The position numbers and the translations under genes were made by a program. Below, in pieces: positions 57,656-64,000 of a stretch of 64,000 nucleotides of DNA. The stretch spans positions 32,001 through 96,000 of the IMG/VR virus record IMGVR_UViG_3300028392_000034. One strand, given 5' to 3'. Source of the DNA: a virus. The first letter of the stretch is position 1. Each line of letters starts with the position of its first letter. The notes below the pieces were generated by a model that saw nothing but the letters and a program-made list of their open reading frames with translations, was not told the origin of the DNA and searched no databases.

Positions 57656-58183
57656 ATGCCCAATTGGTGTTCAAATCGTGCCGTTATTACAGGTCCAGCG
57701 CCGGTGATCGCTGAAATCAAACAGCGCCTGGCCCAGAATGATCCTGAATTGTTGGCTTGGATGGTGCCACAGCCTCGATTTGAAGGCGATCAAGATTGGT
57801 ACCAGTGGAATGTAAATAACTGGGGAACCAAGTGGGACATTTGTGATGTTGGTATCCTTGATGACACAGAGGAAGATTCAATCTCATTTGAGTTTTCTAC
57901 AGCCTGGGCACCACCTATTGAAGCGTTTCATACCTGGGCCGCTGGTGATGGACGGGTGCAGTTTAAATTGGACTATTGGGAGTCTGGTGTGGGTTTTATA
58001 GGAACCACCACATACGATGGCGAATACCTAGACTCAGATGACGTTGATGCAAACTCAGATCAAGAACGCTATCGAGAACTGGCAGCAGAGACGTGGGGCT
58101 ATGTTGAATGGGACGACCCGGAGCCCTTGACTGAATGGTATAAAGAAGGTGTAAAGAACAAAGGATTGACAAATGGAATTTGA
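57656..58183 (+). CDS. YubB/Api92-like ferredoxin-fold protein
   Basis: MPNWCSN, WYQWNVNNWGTKWD, FSTAWAPP. Confidence 0.7.
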   Translation: MPNWCSNRAVITGPAPVIAEIKQRLAQNDPELLAWMVPQPRFEGDQDWYQWNVNNWGTKWDICDVGILDDTEEDSISFEFSTAWAPPIEAFHTWAAGDGRVQFKLDYWESGVGFIGTTTYDGEYLDSDDVDANSDQERYRELAAETWGYVEWDDPEPLTEWYKEGVKNKGLTNGI

Positions 58184-58532
58184 TGACGTTTTAAATGTGT
58201 TACTGGGCGTTGTAATCGGAATTGGCCTGGTCTTGCTGTATGCATGGTACCAATTTCAAATTCTTAGAAGTCAAATCGATCACATAATCGATCAGGCAAT
58301 CACAGAAAAGTCTGCCATTGAATTGGAAATTGAAGTTGACAAGGGCGTGTATTTCTGCTACAATAACAAAGATAAACAGTTTGTTTGTCAAGGAAAAACA
58401 GCAACCGAAATCCGCGAAACCTTGCAAACTCGTTTTCCGGGCAAAGCGGCCTACTTGGTAGCCGGCGATCCTGTAATCGTAGCACAGTTCAAAGCAGAAT
58501 TAGAAATCAATGAAAATAGCTCTAGCGTCTGA
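58173..58532 (+). CDS. Membrane-anchored hypothetical protein
   Basis: N-terminal TM helix. Confidence 0.55.
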   Translation: MEFDDVLNVLLGVVIGIGLVLLYAWYQFQILRSQIDHIIDQAITEKSAIELEIEVDKGVYFCYNNKDKQFVCQGKTATEIRETLQTRFPGKAAYLVAGDPVIVAQFKAELEINENSSSV

Positions 58533-59433
58533 TATTCATTTGGAATTTGGTCCAATTGATCTAACCAATGATCAAGCAGCTGATGTGCTGATCCTGGCCG
58601 GAGATATCTGTGTGGCCGACGACTTTGTTAGTCCACGTGGTTTCAAGCAAGAACAGGCACAACAGTATCGTAAATTCTTTGAGCAGGCATGCAGTGAATT
58701 TCCGCACGTGGTTTACATCCTGGGTAACCATGAACACTATCACGGTGACGCGGCTAAAAGTTATAGTATTCTTCGAGAGCATTTGGATTTTGGAAATTTG
58801 CATATTCTTGAAAAAGAAACATGGCGTCATCAGGATCATACCTTTATCTGTGGTACCTTGTGGACTGATATGAATCGTGAGGACCCGATAACCTTGATGC
58901 ATACCAAAACGGCCATGAATGATTTCCGTGGAGTGGTGAACAGCCGTCGGACCATAGCACGTAAAGTACCACTTTACGAACCCAACCCACTGTGGACTGA
59001 AGATGGCCAGAATGGTGGGCGGTATCTCACAAATGAAGCAGGTCAAATGATTGTCATTGGGCATAAACGCAAAGAAGAGCCGGCCAACTGGAGCCCAGAA
59101 GATACTGTAGAAGAGCATCAGCAGATGTTGGCCTATATCAATACCGTGGTTCAGGATCCCGGCAACTACATTGTGGTCGGGCATCATGCACCCAGCAGTC
59201 GCAGTGTAGCAGAGTATTATCGTGCCGACACAGTGATGAATGGTGCGTTCCGCAGTGAGCTGGATGAATTTATTGCAGATCGTCCACGTATCCGACTATG
59301 GGTGCATGGTCACATGCACAACGCCAGTGACTACCGGATTGGTGAGACCCGAGTGGTGTGTAACCCACGTGGATACATTGGCTATGAAACATGTGCAAAC
59401 AACTTTGAACTAAAGTATTTGGAGGTCGAATGA
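58510..59433 (+). CDS. Calcineurin-like metallophosphoesterase
   Basis: SDIHLE, AGDI, GNHEHY, TLWTD, HHAPS, HGHMH, NPRGY. Confidence 0.88.
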   Translation: MKIALASDIHLEFGPIDLTNDQAADVLILAGDICVADDFVSPRGFKQEQAQQYRKFFEQACSEFPHVVYILGNHEHYHGDAAKSYSILREHLDFGNLHILEKETWRHQDHTFICGTLWTDMNREDPITLMHTKTAMNDFRGVVNSRRTIARKVPLYEPNPLWTEDGQNGGRYLTNEAGQMIVIGHKRKEEPANWSPEDTVEEHQQMLAYINTVVQDPGNYIVVGHHAPSSRSVAEYYRADTVMNGAFRSELDEFIADRPRIRLWVHGHMHNASDYRIGETRVVCNPRGYIGYETCANNFELKYLEVE

Positions 59434-59621
59434 AAGTAAAAGAATATACAGTGTTGGTAGATTGTATCGAGCGCGGAGTCAAATACGGTATGAACCGTGC
59501 ATATAAATATTCAGAAACCCCCACACGGGCCTACATTGAAGAACAGATTGCTGATGCTGTGTTGTTGGAAATTTCGGAGTATTTTACGTTTGACAATGAA
59601 ACAACCATGGAGATTGATTGA
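59430..59621 (+). CDS. Hypothetical protein
   Basis: GGAGG RBS; ATGA overlap. Confidence 0.55.
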   Translation: MKVKEYTVLVDCIERGVKYGMNRAYKYSETPTRAYIEEQIADAVLLEISEYFTFDNETTMEID

Positions 59622-60061
59622 TGAAAATCGGACTTAGTTATAGTCGATGCGTTCGAGACATTGTGGACGGCAAGGTAGACATTGCGGATGTGCTAGTGCT
59701 GATTACTCGTACCGATTTCGATCCGCATGATGACAAGCAATGGTCAGGTATTTGGATTGGCTACGGTGGTGGCACAGACAATGCATACAGCCGTGGATTT
59801 TTTAGCCACAGCAATCCCGAATGGGCCGGCTACCACGATGAAGATCGTTTCCGTAGTGTCAGCATTGAACTTTGGGAAACTGGTCGACTACATCAGCCAC
59901 GCAAGTTTGGCGTAAAACCTGCTCGCCGTCCAGAGATTTGGTTAGAAACTGTTTTGCCTAGTAGCGAACTGGAAAGTAATCCTGCGGCAAAAAGTGCATG
60001 GGATCAGTTTCAAACAGTGGCTGGCTTGACCAACGTTAGTTTAGATCGGGAGTATCGATGA
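59621..60061 (+). CDS. Hypothetical phage protein
   Basis: MKIGLSYSRCVRDIV...HQPR. Confidence 0.65.
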   Translation: MKIGLSYSRCVRDIVDGKVDIADVLVLITRTDFDPHDDKQWSGIWIGYGGGTDNAYSRGFFSHSNPEWAGYHDEDRFRSVSIELWETGRLHQPRKFGVKPARRPEIWLETVLPSSELESNPAAKSAWDQFQTVAGLTNVSLDREYR

Positions 60062-60240
60062 ACTGGCTAAGATACAGTGGCATCACAGTTAGATTGAATC
60101 TAAATCCATTCCACTGGTCTTATTTGGGCGGCGCCGGTCGTGAGTTTAGAGGTGAGTGGGCCGGACCCAATGAAAAGGGCTGGTATGTTCGATTTCTTTT
60201 TTTAACTGTTAGTGTTTGGATTGATGATGGGAGTTGGTAA
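60058..60240 (+). CDS. Hypothetical protein
   Basis: Operon coupling; ends IDDGSW. Confidence 0.55.
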   Translation: MNWLRYSGITVRLNLNPFHWSYLGGAGREFRGEWAGPNEKGWYVRFLFLTVSVWIDDGSW

Positions 60241-60443
60241 TGACTGAATTGGCACTTAACCGTAAACAGCTGGGCAAGTTAACCGAGATATATACTCATT
60301 TTAAAGAAGTAGAATGGTTTACGATCAAAGTGGATCACACCAGTGGCATTGGCACAGGACTGGTAGTTACATTCAATCTGTTCAACGATAACGACAAAGA
60401 TGTTGACACCACAATTGATATCACTGATGTAAGCACCTGGTAG
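60240..60443 (+). CDS. Hypothetical protein
   Basis: TAATG coupling; SGIG...DITDVSTW. Confidence 0.55.
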   Translation: MTELALNRKQLGKLTEIYTHFKEVEWFTIKVDHTSGIGTGLVVTFNLFNDNDKDVDTTIDITDVSTW

Positions 60444-60453
60444 TCGTTGAACT

Positions 60454-60858
60454 ATGGGCATGTTTGATAATATCCGTTATCGAGGCGAGGAGTATCAAAC
60501 AAAAGATACTCCGGCTCAGTTGTTGGATAATTACAAGATAGAACAGAATCAGGATGACGGGTATTGGTATCTATGGCATGAAGAATACGATGCCGAGTGG
60601 GTTGAGGATGATGCAGCATTGTTGGGCGGCTATATAAAACAGTCAAACCAGCATTGGATATGCTGTAATGAGTTTGATGGGGAAATACGTTTTTATCGGC
60701 ATGCATTAGAAACCCCGCAGAAATCATGGGAAAGCAATGCCTGGATAGAATACAAGGCCTTGTTCATGGATGGGCAGATGATAAAGATTCGAGAAATATT
60801 CAATGAACCTCTTACCGAATGGTACAAAGATGGTGTAAAGGAAAAAGGATTAGAATGA
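60454..60858 (+). CDS. Hypothetical phage protein (MGMFD...YQTKD)
   Basis: ORF track; shares a C-terminal tag with 57656..58183. Confidence 0.65.
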   Translation: MGMFDNIRYRGEEYQTKDTPAQLLDNYKIEQNQDDGYWYLWHEEYDAEWVEDDAALLGGYIKQSNQHWICCNEFDGEIRFYRHALETPQKSWESNAWIEYKALFMDGQMIKIREIFNEPLTEWYKDGVKEKGLE

Positions 60859-61532
60859 AAGTTTACATTAGCAAATATCGTGATCATTGGATCTCACCAT
60901 ACACCATCTTAAAAACTGTTTGTTTTTGGGAAAAGGATGAGGGTGTATTTTACGACCACGAAGATACAGGCCAAGGCCGATATGTCAAGTGGGTCAACTT
61001 CTTAAATCCCATTTGCGTTGCCGTGCGTAAGTTTTTAGACGTTGTGCATCCTCGAATCACGTATGTCAAAATTGATCGGTGGGATACCTGGAGCATGGAT
61101 CACACTTTGGCTGAAATTGTTCTGCCCATGCTTCGACAGTTGAATAAAGATAAACACGGTGCTCCGTATGTGGATGACAAAGATGTGCCCAAAGGCTTAG
61201 GCTTGCGTAGCACAGAAGCACCAGCCAAAGAAAACGAGTGGGATACTGATGCCAACCACTTCCGACGTTGGGATTGGGTGCTGGGTGAAATGATTTTTGC
61301 GTTCGAATGTAAAACAGATGACTCGTGGGAAGAGAAGTTTCGTTCGGGCGAGTTTGATCAGAAAACAGTGGCTTGTGCATGGGACGAAACCGGCAAGGCC
61401 ACCATGTATAAATGGGAAGACGGCCCTAATCACACTTACCAATGTGATTACAAAGGTATAGAAAAGGTTCAGAAACGTATCAAAAATGGGTTTGTGCTGT
61501 TTGGAAAATACTACCAGAATCTTTGGGACTGA
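60855..61532 (+). CDS. Hypothetical phage protein
   Basis: DTWSMDHTLA...WDWVLGEMIFAFE...LFGKYYQNLWD. Confidence 0.7.
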   Translation: MKVYISKYRDHWISPYTILKTVCFWEKDEGVFYDHEDTGQGRYVKWVNFLNPICVAVRKFLDVVHPRITYVKIDRWDTWSMDHTLAEIVLPMLRQLNKDKHGAPYVDDKDVPKGLGLRSTEAPAKENEWDTDANHFRRWDWVLGEMIFAFECKTDDSWEEKFRSGEFDQKTVACAWDETGKATMYKWEDGPNHTYQCDYKGIEKVQKRIKNGFVLFGKYYQNLWD

Positions 61533-62023
61533 TGACAGAAGAATCCAACATTGCCAAAGGCAGAGACAGTTTTGATATTTCTACTGGCAACACTTTAGTT
61601 GCCTTTTTCAATCGAAACATAACGCCTTACGCTACCAGCACCCTAGGACCCGCATTTGATCTAGTGCCGGTAGAAAAACAAAAAGATCTCATGATCAATC
61701 ATGCCAGGATGTATGCCCAGCAGGAATATGATCGTATTATGGAATTGGTCGCAGTGCTACAAAAACAAGCCGAAGATATTCGACGTAGACTAGAAGTCAC
61801 TGACCGGGTGCATGCCGCAGAATATCAGTTTCAAGTTGTGATGGGCAACTCGTATTGGTTGGTATGGCACCGGAGACGTGAACGAACTCTCTTGGTCATG
61901 ACCGGTCCTACAGAATGGAATACCGGTGTACCCGAAGATTATGAATACCTGACGCAGGTCAAATATATAGGAGATCATACTTGGTTAGAGATTGACACAA
62001 ATAGAGAAAGCGTGTTAAAATAG
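61532..62023 (+). CDS. DUF2452-like protein
   Basis: PY...LGPAF...A.Y.F...GPTEW...DHTW. Confidence 0.5.
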   Translation: MTEESNIAKGRDSFDISTGNTLVAFFNRNITPYATSTLGPAFDLVPVEKQKDLMINHARMYAQQEYDRIMELVAVLQKQAEDIRRRLEVTDRVHAAEYQFQVVMGNSYWLVWHRRRERTLLVMTGPTEWNTGVPEDYEYLTQVKYIGDHTWLEIDTNRESVLK

Positions 62024-62026
62024 AGT

Positions 62027-62272
62027 ATGACAAACCCTTTTGAACAGATAGTGGCCTTTGCCGATCAAGATAGTAAAATTCGTAAATCTATCTCTCAACA
62101 ACAATTCGAGCAATGGCGCCAGGAGTTCAGTTTTGATGCCTTGTACGGCATTAGATACGGGCAAAGTTTTTGTAATCACTTTGGTATTACTGATAATATT
62201 CTGTTTTATACCTTCGACGATCCAGCCAAAGCTGATCTTTACATAAAGAAACACTACATTGCACGACCCTGA
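62027..62272 (+). CDS. Hypothetical protein
   Basis: RYGQSFCNHF; TTGACA...TAAAAT promoter immediately upstream. Confidence 0.55.
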   Translation: MTNPFEQIVAFADQDSKIRKSISQQQFEQWRQEFSFDALYGIRYGQSFCNHFGITDNILFYTFDDPAKADLYIKKHYIARP

Positions 62273-62477
62273 ATATATCCACTCAATCACGGTTGCCCTG
62301 GACAACAAAGATGACATGTTGAGGTGGGATCAAATCTGTATTGACGCCATTGATCTGTTCGGCTTGCCTGGTGGTAGATACATAACTGATATTGGTGGCA
62401 ACTCAATGGATTGGATTTTTCGAGACCAACAAGATGCATTACTTTTTAAATTGAAATTCAGCGAGGTCGTATGTTAG
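62259..62477 (+). CDS. Small hypothetical protein (F-x-D-x-x-D-A-x-x-F family)
   Basis: FGLPG.RY...WIFRDQQDALLFKLKF. Confidence 0.55.
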   Translation: MHDPEYIHSITVALDNKDDMLRWDQICIDAIDLFGLPGGRYITDIGGNSMDWIFRDQQDALLFKLKFSEVVC

Positions 62478-62878
62478 AAAAGAATTTATATTTTGCTTAT
62501 GGTGCCAACATGCATCCAGAAGCCATGTCATGGCGTTGTCCTAAAGCTCAAGCCGATGGTGCTTTTATTCTGCAGGATTGGCAATTGAAATTCTACAACC
62601 ACGCCACCGTTGAGCCATGCAGAGGTGCAGAAGTAGCCGGAGTCTTATGGAACATTACTGCTGATTGCGAACGTAGTCTGGATGCATTTGAAGGATATCC
62701 GCACTACTACACCAAACGCACTTGGACACAAGATGGAGTAGAATTTTTCTTTTATGAAATGACCAGTCCTAAATCAGGCCGGCCTGGTGCAGGATATGTA
62801 TCTGACATTGCAGAAAGTTATGCACTTTGGCAATTGCCTACCGAGTTATTAACCGAGTCCTTGCAGTCACATGCCTAA
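62471..62878 (+). CDS. Gamma-glutamylcyclotransferase / AIG2-like protein
   Basis: YFAYGAN...GVLW...LDAFEGYP..Y. Confidence 0.8.
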   Translation: MLEKNLYFAYGANMHPEAMSWRCPKAQADGAFILQDWQLKFYNHATVEPCRGAEVAGVLWNITADCERSLDAFEGYPHYYTKRTWTQDGVEFFFYEMTSPKSGRPGAGYVSDIAESYALWQLPTELLTESLQSHA

Positions 62879-63137
62879 CGTCCAAGTTGAATCTGCTGAT
62901 CAGTTGTTACAAAGTCCCATGCAGTTTATGCGGGACAAAGACAGTTTTGATCATGCCTGTAGAATTCAAAAAAACTATGGTGTGTTGGAAGAGATCCTGG
63001 ACTGGTCCAAAAAATCATTGATAGACCAATGGCGATGGCAACTGGTCACTGTGAGTTCTAACGATCGACCCGGGGAATATATTTTCTATTTTGATAGCGA
63101 GCGTGATTACTTGGCATTTGTAATGAAATGGAGTTGA
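62871..63137 (+). CDS. Small hypothetical protein of the same small family
   Basis: YIFYFDSERDYLAFVMKWS. Confidence 0.55.
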   Translation: MPNVQVESADQLLQSPMQFMRDKDSFDHACRIQKNYGVLEEILDWSKKSLIDQWRWQLVTVSSNDRPGEYIFYFDSERDYLAFVMKWS

Positions 63138-63138
63138 T

Positions 63139-63888
63139 GTGACAGTAGATAATTTTGTAGTGTTAGACAGTGTATATGGTCGATTCATTGTGGCTAGGAC
63201 CTGTTTGTTTCAAGCAGAAGCATTGGTCAAAACTGGACGTACCCATATCGAGTCAGAACTGGCCAATATCTTTGCCATTATTGATACCTTGCCTGCAGAT
63301 GCGGTCATTGTGGATGGTGGAGCCAATGTTGGATTCTTTACTGTGCCTGTGGCCCATAGAACACAAGGCCGCGGCACTAGGATCGTTAGCTTTGAACCAC
63401 AGCGTCAATTATTCCAAGCCTTGGGTGGCAGTTTGGCACTGAATGGATATCGCCATGTGTATCTGCACAATTGCGGACTTGGTGCAGAACCCGGTATAGC
63501 CCAACTGCCCGAGGTCAATTACAGTGAAGTGCAAGATTTTGGTACTGTGTCGTTAACAGATGAAACTACCGTAGATGAAGATGGTTGGATGAACGACCGT
63601 GTGGTAAACATCACCAGTATTGACGCTATGGCATTGGCCAGACTGGATTTTTTTAAACTGGACGTAGAAGGCTACGAAGTTCCAGCACTAACCGGCGCAC
63701 TTGCAACCATAAAGCAACACCGTCCGTGGATTTGGGTTGAATATTTTATCACCGGAGCGGATCCAATTAAAACGGCTTTGGCTGAACTGGATGACTATGT
63801 TTTTTATTTGGTTGATTATCAAAATATGCTGGCGGCTCCTAAAGAACGACTAGTTAGCATCACTACAACAGGACTAAAAGAGGTATAA
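63139..63888 (+). CDS. FkbM-family SAM-dependent methyltransferase
   Basis: VDGGANVG, SFEPQ, KLDVEGYE...GA..TI...RP. Confidence 0.85.
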   Translation: MTVDNFVVLDSVYGRFIVARTCLFQAEALVKTGRTHIESELANIFAIIDTLPADAVIVDGGANVGFFTVPVAHRTQGRGTRIVSFEPQRQLFQALGGSLALNGYRHVYLHNCGLGAEPGIAQLPEVNYSEVQDFGTVSLTDETTVDEDGWMNDRVVNITSIDAMALARLDFFKLDVEGYEVPALTGALATIKQHRPWIWVEYFITGADPIKTALAELDDYVFYLVDYQNMLAAPKERLVSITTTGLKEV

Positions 63889-63889
63889 T

Positions 63890-64000
63890 ATGACAATGGC
63901 AACACGATTTACATCACCGGATGGTAAGATATTTGTAGTAGAAGAAGTTCGACAGGTTGAAAAGGAACTGTGGGTTTACTATAATAATGCCACTACCGGG
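63890..64000 (+). CDS. Hypothetical protein, 3'-truncated
   Basis: GAGG RBS; frame open to the window end. Confidence 0.45.
   Translation, partial: MTMATRFTSPDGKIFVVEEVRQVEKELWVYYNNATTG

Noticed and set aside
1-64000. Bacterial chromosome or prophage, suggested by iscU, iscA, clpXP and rpsU
   Set aside because: The host-like genes lack their normal operon partners (iscS, hscA/B, tig, lon). They are interleaved with virion genes, T4-like late boxes and small phage ORFs, and no integrase is present.
1-64000. CRISPR array, tRNA or rRNA genes
   Set aside because: No regularly spaced repeat-spacer series and no cloverleaf were seen by eye. The promoter repeats enclose ORFs and are far apart. 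tRNAscan-SE would confirm.
1-64000. Stop-codon reassignment
   Set aside because: Long conserved genes are intact in the standard code, and TAA, TGA and TAG all occur as apparent true stops.

Overview
This window is a 64 kb segment of a large lytic, T4-like/jumbo tailed phage, not a bacterial chromosome. The probable host is a proteobacterium, inferred from IscU/IscA/ClpP/desaturase that look host-derived. Genes are densely packed and read through intact in the standard code. Contents: (1) virion and head-associated genes (about 0.3-6 kb, 9-10.5 kb, 15-17 kb, and a 1513-aa tail fibre plus a LamG protein at 50.8-56.1 kb); (2) nucleotide, DNA and repair genes (nrdA, nrdB, glutaredoxin, dCMP deaminase, PD-(D/E)XK exonuclease, ATP-dependent ligase, MazG-like, UvsE); (3) host-derived genes (iscU, iscA, CDGSH protein, three radical SAM enzymes, clpX, clpS, clpP, hsp20, ribosomal protein bS21, fatty acid desaturase, amidinotransferase, a PlcP-like phosphoesterase with an Agt-like GT4 glycosyltransferase, FkbM methyltransferase); (4) early host-takeover regions of small ORFs driven by near-identical sigma70 promoter-RBS repeats. 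TAA(A/G)TA late-type promoters often sit 4-7 nt from an ATG. I found no tRNA, rRNA, CRISPR array, integrase, intron or intein. The most interesting observations are a possible phage-borne plcP-agt membrane-lipid remodelling module, a riboswitch-like RNA antisense to its 3' end, a covarying RNA hairpin shared by two gene leaders, a 16-aa C-terminal tag shared by two unrelated proteins, and an amidinotransferase/oxygenase/glycosyltransferase-like locus. All assignments come from reading motifs by eye; no database searches were run.
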